A stretch of DNA of 64,000 nt from Moniliella sp. 'wahieum'. Taxonomy: Eukaryota. This document shows positions 1-11,600 of this stretch, piece after piece. Every line of letters begins with the position of its first letter. Position 1 is the stretch's first letter. Below the pieces are notes generated by a model that was not told where the DNA came from, ran no database searches, and worked only from the letters and a program-made list of their open reading frames with translations. The stretch is from NCBI GenBank assembly GCA_003971905.1, contig RSEE01000066.1, forward strand, positions 310,001-374,000, written 5' to 3'. Made by a program: the position numbers and the translations under genes.

Positions 1-499
1 GAGAGAGAAGAGACGGATGGATGGTGGCGAGTGGGCCGAGTGGGCTGTCGTGGGCAGGATGAGCGAAGTAGTGGCAAAGCCAGCGCAGCTCATCAGCGGC
101 TGTGGGCAACGATGGCGGCGCCTGTACGCCAACACCCCTATAGGGTGTGAGTAGCTTATTGGAGACCAAGTAGCCCGAACAGCTCCTAGCTGTGCTCCAC
201 ATCCGGGGGGGCAATCGGAGCACCACCCATCACAATACCCATCACCCATCGTCGGAGCATCTGAGTATTTCACATTTCACATTTCAGACTCAGCGCAGCC
301 AGCCCGTGGCTTATCATCGATCGAGCATTGGCCAGTACCTCCAGACCGCCGCATTTGGGGCACGTGATCAGGCGGACTGGCCTTCCGCCCGGGGCGGAAT
401 CTGCACAACTTCTCGCGTCTCTGCCGCCCTTGCGCTTTCCCCTCCCGACCCATCCCTCCCACGAGCAGCGCCGACCGACCTGCCAGGCTCTCCTCCACG

Positions 500-1295
500 A
501 TGGTCCTCGCCTGTGTTGGCTCTGTGCTGCGCCCCCGTGCGTCGGGCGTGCTTCTTCCGCGCCTCTCCCGCCCGCTCTCCTTGTCGGCTGCCGCGCGGAG
601 CCAGGCCCCGTCCGCCTCGAAGTCTGCCCCCGCCGCCACGGAGGCCGAGTCCGACGCTCCGTCCAAGGCCGGCAAGGACAAGGCGTTCGTGCCCCGCTAC
701 CCCTTCTCCAAGAATGTCATGACCCGCGTCGAGATTCCCAAGTGGCCTGAGCAGAAACCCCACGAACCCAAGCGCGAGCGCATCAACAAGAACATTCCCC
801 ATCCAGATGGCGCTCGTGCGCGAGGTGGACCCTGAACATGCCAAGTGGCGCCTGTTCAAGAACAAGACCAGGACCCAGATCCCCATGGGCTCCATCCTCT
901 CCGTTGACATTTGGACCAACGCGATGGCCAAGCACTCCTTCACCACCGTGTCGGGTGTGCTGATGGCGGTCCATCGCCGTGGGACGGGTACGACGTTCCG
1001 TCTGCGTACGCTCGTCGAAAAGTTGGGTGTGGAGCAGATCATCCCGCTCTTCTCCCCTGCCATCAAGGACATCCACATCGTCAAGCGTGCCCTGGGCCGT
1101 GACTCGACTCGCGACCAACGCAAGGCGCTGGCCCTCACCCCCTTCCGTCGCTTCCGCCGCGCCAAGCTGTACATGATCCGCAAGGACGATCGCTGGATCA
1201 AGCATGTTCCCAACCTCGTCAAGGCCGACCGCCTACAGCGACAGCAGGCATCCCAAAAGTCTTCGGCTGGTGGCAAGCGCATGTTTACTCGTTGA
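500..1295 (+). CDS. Mitochondrial ribosomal protein bL19m (Img1-like)
   Basis: Arg/Ser/Leu-rich presequence (MVLACVGSVLRPRASGVLLPRLSR); L19 core SGVLMAVHRRGTGTTFRLRTLVEKLGVEQIIPLFSPAIKDIHIV...RRAKLYMIR; ORFs 500..835 and 807..1295 joined by one frameshift near 800. Confidence 0.85.
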
Positions 1296-3075
1296 GGCAC
1301 TGGGGACAACCGTATGGATGCTGATTTGCCCACAGGAAGGCGGCCGCTGTGCCTCGAGTCTTTTGTAGGTGGTGGTAGAACAGCCGGTGCGAGCAGGTAT
1401 GGTAGAGCTGAGCTGGACAAACTCAGGTTGCGTCAAACCGATAAAATAGTCTACTCAGCGGAGGCACCGGGACTCTTTGTCCACGATGGGGCGAGCCGTC
1501 GGCATCGTCGGCTGTGGGAGAGATGGCGGGCCATGTAGCAGCTGCACATCGATACCACATTTTTTAGATCTCATCCATTCAGCAGAACTGAGAAATAAGG
1601 GTGGACCCAACACGTCTTTTGCCAGATTTGTGGCTGTGTTCTCTCCCTCTGCACCACCCGACTGTGTATTGTTCGCTTCCATCTGAGCGAACCACAACTA
1701 TCCCGCAATCATGGCCGCTTTGAGATCTGATCCTGAGTTGGCTCGGAGCATGCACATTTTTTTTCTCACAGACTACAAGTACACCCAGCAGCATGATGTC
1801 GGGCCTCTGGGAGCGAGGTTCACCATGTTCACTACTACAGTGACTGTAGTGCCCAAGTTCGCAATTAGTAAGCCGTTTCCTCTCCCTCCTTCTTCGAACC
1901 TCTGTCTTTCTTTTACACACCGCGAGGGGAAGGGGTATCCAGGACTCCCGAACGTTGGCATCCCCTCTCCGCCCAGATAGGCAAGGCTGCCTTCGCCGGC
2001 GGAGGCCCTACCGGGGCGTTGCCCACAAGCTGTGTATAAAGAGGTTATACACCTCCACTTTGCAGTACTGCTTTGGGGGTCCACTCCACCATTTCTCCTT
2101 GTTGCTGTTCGAAAGCGCAACTGCTGGCCACTCAGCGACATCAACGGGGGACACAAGAGGGCATGCATATATTTCTGTCACGGCTAGAATGGCAGGACGA
2201 AGGTCATACCTTCATCTCTCACCCCCCACTTCCTCTGGTCTGCCGCAACTCGCACGATCATCCCTGTCACACCCAGTACATCCTCTTCATTTCCTACGTC
2301 TTGCATATTTCTTTCGGTCTCTTGAACTGACCTGCCCATAGTTGTTGAGGTAGAACCATGCTCGCTCCTTTTGGTTCACTCGCTGTGTTCCTCACTGGTG
2401 CGCTTGTGTGGTGGGTAAGCGTATTTCGGTTGAGAGCGTGGCTACAGTCAGGACAGTGAACGATTGCAACCGGTAGCCAGACACCTCTGTAGTGCATACG
2501 CCTGGGTGGTGCCTTTCAATTCACCTCCTTCACCATCGTGGGGACGGCGCTGATGAGGACGTACTAAGGTAGCTATAGTTACCCCCGTACTCCGGCATCT
2601 CAGGTATTCCCTGGTGGGGATGCGATAGGCAGACCGCCCTCTCCAGAGGCCTTATCTTCTCAGCCATCTCCCTCAGATTTCTGTCCCTCCTTGCTGTGAG
2701 ATTGGACCCATTCCCGTACGTTACAAAACCATACCTTACGCAGATAGTTTGATGAGTACAAGGACATTGCCTAATGGCACCTTGAGACACCAGCAACACA
2801 CCCAAAGAGGAAGGGTACATTTTGCGAAAGATCATATTGTACACTTATAGCGGGAGCAAAGAGATGGTGGGAGGGCAGTAGAGACGGAAGCCAGAGGATA
2901 TACGCCATGAGGCTATCCTGGTGTTCCAATTCACACCGCGCTGAGTCAAGTAGCGTAAGCCTCACGCCGACTTAGCCGAAGGCCCATGGTGTATACAGAA
3001 GCATAGGATGCTCCACACCGCCCACAGGGAGATGCCATGGCTGCCGACCCGGGGGCGCGACCAACAAGAAAAGTC

Positions 3076-3576
3076 CTAAATGTAGTTGGCGGGCTTGCGG
3101 TCTTTGGGGTTCCCGCGTTTAGGTGCCGACACCTTGTGGTGGGTGCGCTTAGCAGGAGCCTTTTTGTTTCTTGCCCAACTTCTTTTTGTTCGAAGACTTG
3201 GACAGTGATCCCAAGGTGGCGGGGGCCGTGTTGCCCTCGTCAACAGCCATGGCTGGTGGCAGGCATCATGTCAGTCCTGATCTCGCCAAGCAGGAGAAAG
3301 AGGGGAATGCATACCATCTGGTGCCTCGATCATAGCCCCCCCATTTTGCAAAAAGAGCTCATCCTCCTCCGACACTTCTTCTCCGGCCTCTTTGCGCTCC
3401 TTGATGTCCTTCAACCGGGCCAAGACGGAAGTTTTAGGCTGCAGCTTGCGCTCAGCCAGGCGCGCCGCGATCTCTGCCTCGCGCTGCTTCTGCACCTTAA
3501 CGTAGTCCCCGTTCGGGTCAGTACGCTTAATGTTGCGTGCGCGCACCCGAACCGTCGAACGCAAGCTTTTGGCCAT
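3076..3576 (-). CDS. Small basic DUF2423/LLPH-like (YBL028C-like) protein
   Basis: N-terminus MAKSLRSTVRVRARNIKR is typical of the family; intron 3253..3314 (GTATGC..CTGAC..CAG); Lys-rich tail ending ...DRKPANYI* after one frameshift. Confidence 0.7.
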
Positions 3577-3967
3577 CTTGGTGAGCTGGGCGGAAGAGGG
3601 GGGGATGGAGGTGGAGCACGTATGGACCCGGGTTGCCCCAAAGCTTTGATTTGCCTCCACTTGGGGGGGCGGCGGACCTGCAAATTTCTGTTTCACTAGC
3701 CAATTCCGCCCGAAGCAGAAGGGCACTCTTCTTCCATGTCACATTGCACCGATGGGTGAAAATTCCTCTTCCACCTTCAGACGTTTTAAGCGCAGTGGGA
3801 TCGTGGTGTTCTTCCTTCTTTCCACCGTCACCACCACCGCCACTGGGTTTCCCTCTCCTTCCCCGCTCCTCCAGGGCGGCTGGGATTGGGGATACCCATA
3901 ATTTGTACAAGTACGCCAGCGGCGATTCGCATTTTGTTTTGGTATGTTCTTCTTTCTGCTTCCTCAC

Positions 3968-4080
3968 ATGATGAGGAATTTAAATGACGAGTCCAAGGCT
4001 CTGCCTCAATGGGCCATGGATACTTTTTCCTTGACCCGGCGAGCGCAGTTCGGCGCCGAAGACGATATTTTGGCTCCTGA
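3968..4080 (+). ncRNA. Intronic box C/D snoRNA, snR75/U15-like (guide for LSU rRNA Gm2288, yeast numbering)
   Basis: Box C ATGATGA at 3968 and box D CTGA at 4077; guide ATGACGAG-T complementary to LSU CUCGUCAU with the +5 position on the G (D' degenerate, CCAA); lies in intron 3942..4142 (GTATGT..TACTGAC..CAG). Confidence 0.8.
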
Positions 4081-4268
4081 ATTTCCTTTTCCGCCTTGCG
4101 GGGTGTAGGACAGAGGTACTGACCATTTTTGCCTTGGTTCAGATTTGAATACCCCATTCTGGATGATACCCCTGTTTCTCCGCTTGCTTGAGTAGTCCAG
4201 ATGCCTCGACATGCTCTCCACGTCTTCTAGTGAATTGGTTGAAATTCAGGTATGTTTTCTCTCACTTT

Positions 4269-4385
4269 CCGTGGTCCCAGAGAAAAGCAGAGGATTACTC
4301 CAATCTCTTCACCTGATCCCTTATGGGGGCATGAAAACAAACTTTCTTTGACTTTTTTTTGGATGATGCTTTCTCTGGGGCACGG
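4269..4385 (+). ncRNA. Intronic box C/D snoRNA, snR47/U36-like (guide for LSU rRNA Am2220)
   Basis: TCTCTTCAC-CTGA (D' at 4313) is complementary to LSU GUGAAGA, with the +5 rule landing on the A2220 equivalent; second element CTTTGAC pairs the adjacent GUCAAAG; long terminal stem CCGTGGTCCCAGAGAAAAGCA/TGCTTTCTCTGGGGCACGG; in intron 4250..4438 (GTATGT..GCTAAC..CAG); terminal boxes degenerate. Confidence 0.7.
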
Positions 4386-5474
4386 TGGACTCGTACCCAT
4401 CGCATGCTCAGGTAGCTAACGTTTTGATGGCTTTCCAGTTCTTCGGTCATCCACAACTTCATCGCCTTTTTCATCCTTCACCTTTTCCCCTCTTCCGATG
4501 AAGAGACGAGGGGTATCGGGTTTTCACCTTTCACTTCTGTCCTAGATGCTTTGTGACTGTACCGCTGGAAATGCATGATACATTTTTCACGATATCAGTT
4601 TTGTTAGCACGGGTCCGTTTCAGGTTATAGGGTTTGCGAGGGAAGGCCAAGCGCTCTAGAGGAGGTAGGCTTTTTCACACTCCGTGAACGCGGCGGCGAA
4701 CTTGCCTTGAAGACAAAGATGAAAATGGTCCATAGTCATCCCTGCTTCTGGTACGATACACCAGCAGGCTACACTTTGTGCCAACTTCACCCAAGCTCTG
4801 GCAGGGTGGCGTTTCTTCCTTTAACCACTGACTCGAGAGATGTTTGGCGGGGACTGCATCCGATCCCGCAAACGTTTGACAGGAGCCGGACGGAGGCAAA
4901 ACTCGTGTCTGGTGGTGGACGTGTACGTTCGTCGTTCATCGATCTCATCTACTGGAAAATTCATCAGTTGTCGTGAGGCGTAGGATGGTATCACCAGTTG
5001 GACGCGATAGGCGACGCGGGAGCAAGGCGAGATCGTATTCATGAGAGGCTGCCCCCAATGAGCATCGCACGCGTCCTCCAGGCCTTGTCGCAGGAGCGAT
5101 CCGCGCGTCAACCAGTTGAGGAACACTGAGGAAGAGCAGGCCTAGTCTAACTTGAACTTTCCAGCTTGGACAAGTACCAGGGCCGAGAGGGTCTGGGTGT
5201 CGAAATCGAATCATTAAGCACCATCAATCATCCCTCATTCGCTTTCTCTACCGCCTCCCTCTTACGACACCAACAGCCAAGAAAAGATATGATTACTGAC
5301 AGTACAGCTGAGCAGAAGGACGGTTACGGTGCGCACCTACGCATGCACCTCTCCATCCTATGAACAACAAAGATGCCCGGCACATACGCCAAAGCCGGGA
5401 AACGAAACAAGAAATGGAAGCTGGCGTGTGGGTATGGGAAGGGGGGAGGAGGGGGAGGCTTGTTGAACAAGCGC

Positions 5475-6439
5475 CTACCATGCCTGCGGCCGCCAGGGGG
5501 CTGAGAATGTAGAATCGTGGGTAGGGTGCGAGGCGCCCAACCGTGCCAATCGAGACTGGGGCAGGGGCAAAGTAGGGAGCGGGTGGGGGCGGATAGGTCT
5601 GAGGTGCGCACACTGGCTTGACAAGGTGTGCGGGTGCAGCATTGTATCCCTCGTCATGCGTCCGCAGTGCCAGGCAGTCGACCCCTGGCAACCTGGGGGG
5701 AGAGGGCTGCCGATCCATGGGACCGCACTGCGGGGATGCGTACGCACGGTCCGGTGGGAATGATGGAGGGGTGCCATAGGAGAGAGGGAAAGAATGGGAG
5801 AATGAAGGGAGAGGTTGGACTGTCTTTGGGCCTAGCTGCAGGGAAGCGTCAAGAGGAGTAGGTTGCTGGGCCCTGGGCGGGTCACGGGCAGAGTAGGGAG
5901 CAAGACCCGATTCACGGTACTTTGGGCTGGGGAAGGGGTCCTTTGGTTCTGGGGCCGGAGAATGGGGGACAAGGGCGTAAGGTCATTGGGGCGAATGGGG
6001 GGTGTAGAGCGGGAAGAGCAGGAGGAAGACACGGAAGTGTCGGTGTCGAGGGGCGGGAGGGAAGCGGTGAAGGAGGACGTAACAGGGCTGGGATTGGCCG
6101 TGTATGAAGACGGTGGAATGGGCGAGGCCGAGATGGAGCCGGAGGCGAAAGACCGTACGCGGACAGTGGGTTGGGGAGAGGGGATTGCTGTAAAGGTAGC
6201 TGGGTGTCGCCTCGATTTTTTGGGCGAAGCTGCCGTTGTGGTGCGCCCGAAGAAGAGCTGGATGGTCCGGCGTGTTGCCAGGGATGATGCAGAAGCGGAA
6301 GAGGAAAGCCCGAGGCGGTGTTGCCGCCGCGCCAACATTGCCTTGACCACTGCTGGTGAATGGGAGGAACGGTTCCTCTGCTCCCGCCGTTGCTGGGCGG
6401 GAGTGGCATAGTAGGAGCCACGGGGCAGACGGTGGGCAT
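5475..6439 (-). CDS. Hypothetical Ser/Pro-rich disordered protein
   Basis: Overlapping long ORFs with protein-like composition (SSSCSSRSTPPIRP; SPPRLPGVDCLAL; RLAPYPR); frameshifted, ends uncertain. Confidence 0.35.
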
Positions 6440-8689
6440 GAGGGCCGTCGTGGCAGATGAAGAAGGGGAAAAGCGGGTTGGCGGTGTACACGTCTCCCGC
6501 ACACACGACGTGCGTTGAGCAGAGCGGAGTCGAAGCATGGGGCGGGCGCAGCTGATGGCAGAGCAGGTGGGTTGGGATGGGGGGAGACTGGCAGCACCTG
6601 TGGGCGTCATGCCTGGGGCTGGAGTGGGCCGGTGAGAGCATGTGGGACGGTGGCAAGGGCGAAGAGGGGGGGGGGTAGGAGGGCTGGGGTGGGGGGAGAT
6701 GAGGTTGGGCTGAGGCGCTGAGGGCGCGTAGCAGGTGTGTTGTCGCCTTGTCGTCTTGTCTTGCAGCCCAGCCGGGCCAAGCCGAGCGAAGCGGATGTGC
6801 GGGTGGAAGCCGCATGCGATCGATGCACGAGCCATGATGTGTGATATGTGATGCTGCCCAGGTGCCCGTGCCCAGGGGTGGCCCCGCGCCAGTGGGGGAT
6901 GATCGATCGGCGCCATCGCCATCCCCCCCCGCAGCGCACCAGCCTGATCGCATGGCCGCAGATGGGCAGTGGGGCGGCGTGCCTGGGCCGTGCTGCGCCA
7001 CCGGTGGCACGCGGCGGCACAACGCTGTGCGCCTCCAGGGCTGCCCAAGCACCAACGCCCACTGTGCGGCAGGCCAGGCACGGGCTGTGCCCTGCTGCAC
7101 CCTGGCCGCATGCGCTTTGGGTGGGGTGCCAGACATGGCTGGCCCGCTGGCCTGGCACCACCACCGCGGGGGGGAGTATGAATGCGTGGTCTGGACGCGG
7201 AACGCTGCGGCACATCGCTCGGCAGACACTTCCCTCCTGTCTGCATGTCCTGGCAGACGCAGCCCCAGCAGCCAGCAGCAGCACCCTGCCCGCGCCCCCA
7301 TAATATGCCCGCTGCCCCCTTCCGCCCACAGCCTGTGTCAGCAGCCGAACCCAGAGCGTGTGAGCGGCGCATGCGAGGCTCACGCGCTCACACCTCAGGC
7401 TGAGTGCGACGCTGGATTGATTAGCAGTGTGGATCCGACAGACAAAAAGCCCCCGGACCGACCGACAGACGTTGGGAGTGGATCTTACAGATCGTAGATT
7501 GATCCGCGGGCCCGCCAAGTTGGGGTGCTGCCGTGCCCCACTACATGCCCCACCACATCCACCCGTCGGGCCCAGCGCAGCTCAACCGAACCCAGCCGCG
7601 CCCAACCGAGCTGACAGCCAAGCATGGCAGACGGAGCACCATTGAAAATACGCCAAGGCATGCCAGCGCACGCCTGGGCGTTATGGGGACGCGGTCTGAG
7701 ACCTACCATCGGCGGTCGCAAAACGCATAGACAGCCACGCAGTGCGGGGCTGCAGGTGCTGCATCTTGACTGCCCCCGTGCGAGCGGCTGGAGGCCGAAG
7801 GCTTGGTGCAGACACACACGTGCTGCAGTGATATGCCCCAGCCTGTCCCAGCCTGTCTGAGCCCAACACAGCCACTCGCCAAGGCCCACTGGGGGCCACT
7901 GACCATTGATCCATTTCGAGCCTCGCGCACCAGTGCAGATTGTACCCACCGCGAGCTTCTTCAAGTTGGGGTAGAGAAAGTGCATTTCTATATTACTCGC
8001 CCCCAGTGGGAAAAGCGACGATGCGACGCGAGGGTCGCCCTTTTGTCTACTATTCCACCTGCTATCGCCCTTCTCCCTTTGCCTAACCCGACCACGCTTG
8101 CATAGTTTCTAACGGGGAGCGAGGGAGAATGCTCGAGAGAATCCTGGGGGGAGGGGGGTGTAGTATAACAGTGACGGTATCATCGGCTTCCAGAGTCGAC
8201 AATCACACTTGCTGGTGTAGTAGTCCATGTGGGTCCGGGAGCCGGACAAATATTCCCAGGCAGCAGCAGCCCTGTCGGGGCATACAACTCGGGCCAGAGA
8301 ATCGGGCAAATTTGCCCCCGGCATCGACCGATGCACCCCACACTGCAAACAGGCTAGCTTAGCGTATAGCATATAGTGTAACAGCATAGGTGACAAAGCT
8401 CTCGGTTATGGCGTTGGTCCTTGTGCCTTGGTGGAGAGGGGCACGGAAGTGTGTTGGGGAGAGAGAAGAGGGCAGGGAAGGGGGGAAGGGAACAATATGG
8501 TCGTGTATGGCGTTACGGTCGGAAGAGTCGGGAGAGAAGTCACAGCCAGGGACGAGTAGTGCAGGTTTCAAGTGAGAGGGGCACAGAGATCAGGTCGATC
8601 TCGATCAGGCCTCAACTCCGCCCTGAGCGAACCACTGGGGGATAAGAAGGAGTTAAAAGTAAGGTGGCGAGGTATGCTGATGGGGACGG

Positions 8690-11600
8690 TCACATCTCCA
8701 CCCCCGAGTCCGATTCTTCCGGGATCCAAAGTAGCTCCTGTCCCATTAAGAATCGAGGCGTCAGGTGGATATGGGGGTTTCCCAAGAACCGACTTAGACC
8801 AGTCAAGACGTCCGTCGCAGCCTCTTTTGCGTCGGACAGGCTCAACGCAGCCCCGTCGGTGAACAGCATATCGTCGGGCTTGGGTAGAGGGGGGTCCAGA
8901 GCGAGCAAAGATGTGATGGCCAAAGACGAGGGAGGCACCGCGCCGCCAGGCTGCGCCGCAGAGCAAACGTTTGTGCCAACAGAGCAGAAGACTGGGACCC
9001 AGATTGGATAAATACACACTTATTCGCGCCCATGCTACGCAACAGCAGCAGCCACTGAAGCCCAGCAGTGGCGAGGGAGAGGACCTTCTTGTCATCGGCC
9101 AGCCCCTCCATCTTGGGATCAGGTTCGGGGAATGAGAAGGCGTTTTCCCCCAAACGAGCTGAACGCAGGCGATCGCCGCCCGCTGAGCACCCAGCAAGGT
9201 TGAGCCAGCTTTGAGGGCGGTGACCAAGGGCTTGGTGAGCGTTTGAGCCAGCGCTTGGTCAGCACGCAGGAAGGCCCATACCGCGAGGGTGATCTGGACA
9301 AGGTAGTAAGCAGGCGTGTCCTGCACAGCACAGAATGGGTGGTTTCGAGCAGCTCTTGCACCCAAGCACGGGTCTCCCTTGCGCTTGGGGAAGAAGACGT
9401 GGCCAAGTCGATTGTGATCAGGCCCGCTTCTTGCCGACAAAAGAACTCTCGCAAAAAAGAGTTGACGTCGAGGCTACTCACGTTCGAGACCTGTTCCAAC
9501 GGCAGCTCGCCTTCTTGCTCCGTTTGGTCCAGAGTAGAGCAAAATTCCTCCATTCCCCTCCGTGCACGCGCCCCAAATGTGGTTGGGCAGGAGGCACTAA
9601 TAATGGAGGGAAAGAGGTAGACCCACACTTGGTACAAAGTAGCCATGTGCGTAGCGTTGGAGACAAGCAGTAGAGGCGAACCGAGGTATGCCCTCATCTC
9701 CGCATCGCTCCTAGCTGCCGCAAGAAAGGCATCACCCTCAGGGGGGCACAGAACCAACGCATCCTCCAGGGCATATGAGAGGACGTCCCGCAGCCATGGC
9801 TGGCTTTCCTGCGCCCAAGCACGGGCCCGCGACCAGTGCGAGTGAGCGTACTTGCGAGTCAATTGGCCGACAACGTTGGTACGGGACCCAAGGTGGCCAA
9901 GGGCGAGGGCCAAAAGCGCATGGGTACGTGCCGTGGTATCATCCGGCGATTCACCCGAGTCTTTGGCCAACGCCTCCTCTCGTGCAGGGCCTCCGCAATC
10001 CGAGCCACGTGCAACACTGTCTGCGCTCGAAACAAGGGGGAGCGCTGGACGAAGGGACCCCACGCAGCCTCCACCGCCAGCAAACGGATCCAGGCATCCG
10101 CCCTTATGCAGTCAATCGAATCGCGGAGCAAAGATTGGCGTTCACTCAAGTGCTGGTACGGTGCAGGAAGGGCGGCAATTTTCATCAGCTCGACCAAATC
10201 ATGCACCAAGGCAGCACTAGCTCTAGGTAGGCCCATGGGGGCATCTAGAAAGAAGCGGAGCACCTTCTCCATCTCAGCTGGACCAGTGCGGGATGCAGCC
10301 ATTGCTTTGTCGAGCTCTGAACGGCGATGGCGAGGAGAACGAGAAGGAGGCCGGTGCTTGGACTGCTTCATTGTCGAGTTGGGCAACGAAGATACTTGTT
10401 TGACCACCGTGCGACAGATAGGGTAGAGAACAAAACACACGCACCCGAGAAACGCCACAAATCGAGCCACCTCGATGAGCAACGTCACCAGAGAGATATG
10501 ATCGTAATGGTGGGTCTCTTTCCAAGGCCCAACCGAGGAAAAACCCCGCTTCAAGAGCTGATGACCAGCGCTTACCGCTTTTGCCCCAGGGTGCGTCCCA
10601 ACTTGAGGATGGTTCAAGTCCGAGGAGGTGCCGACCAAGGTAAGTCCCAAGAAGGCAGCCATCACGTACGAACCAGGTTTCGACGCACTGGCGGCGGGAA
10701 CCCCCTCGGACGGCGAGCCAGATGATTCGTCCTCATCCGTGTCGAGAAGCAAGTCGGCCATTGCTTCGTCCGGCTTGTCCTCCTCCTTGATGGGTTTCAA
10801 GGCCTCCAGGCGCGCCTTTTCCGCTTCGTGTTCCCTTTTGGCTTGTTCCATTTCGTGCATCCAGACCAGCAGAATATCCTCCCCGCCCCGGAGGGAACGG
10901 ATGATCTCCTTCAACCCCTCCGACTCGGAGGATAAGTGCGTCTCACGCCGCTTGAGGTAGTGGATATACTCGGTGGCCTTGCCCAAGATGGTGGCCTTGT
11001 TCAATTTGGTCGCCGCACTCACCCCATCGACCAAATCCTCCGGTTCGCCTTTCTTGCGCGGCTTGCGAGGCAAGAGCGACGTAGAGCCACCGTTGTTCTT
11101 GGGCTCCAAGTTGCGCAAGGCGGGCACGGCGGCACGCAGGGTGGCGATGCGATCGTTAATGTTGTTGCGGTAGCGTCGTTCGATCGCATTGTGAGGGACT
11201 TTGTTCAAGCCATCCATCGGATCGGAAAGACGTCTTCGTGCCCGACGCCGCGCCTTTTCGGACGAAGTGGCTGTCTCATCTTTGGGCCAGAGTGACTCGG
11301 GTGGCTGGTTCGCTTGCCGAACCAACCGATCCTGTTGCAACTGCTGCAACTGCGACATTGCCGTGGCCACACTGTCAAATGCTGTTTGCACCCCCGCCCG
11401 TGCGGGCCAAAGTCCCCGTCAGTATACGCACCCGTCAACAGTCCCCCCCCCCCACAATACCCTAACCGAGGATGGATGGAAGAGGGCGATGGCAAAGAAG
11501 AGCAACGTACAATTGGGCTGGAGGATGTTCCACTTTTCGGCCGGTGCCTCCTCCTTGGCCATAGCTCTGGCATGCAAGGTGAGCTTGTGCGCCAAGGACG

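Noticed and set aside
40..225. Run of hairpins including GG-GCAA-TC-GGAGCA, reminiscent of SRP RNA helix 8, and a GATGAGC/GCTCATC inverted pair
   Set aside because: Lacks the conserved CAGG strand and a convincing Alu domain or poly-T terminator; needs cmscan to decide
2165..2215. ATATTTCTG similar to the U17/snR30 m1 element
   Set aside because: The partner m2 element AAACCAT and a terminal ACA are absent
2550..2590. CTGATGA followed by ATAGTTACCCCCG, resembling a snR63/U46 guide
   Set aside because: No D or D' box at the position required by the +5 rule
4675..5214. Short ORFs downstream of the snoRNA host gene
   Set aside because: No recognisable motifs and no consistent frame
6450..8560. 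Many long overlapping GC-rich ORFs
   Set aside because: Arg/Ala/Pro/Cys/Trp-rich translations typical of non-coding GC-rich DNA; no domain signal
11458..11467. ACCCTAACC, telomere-template-like word
   Set aside because: Too short, antisense within an SRE1 intron, and no other telomerase RNA features visible
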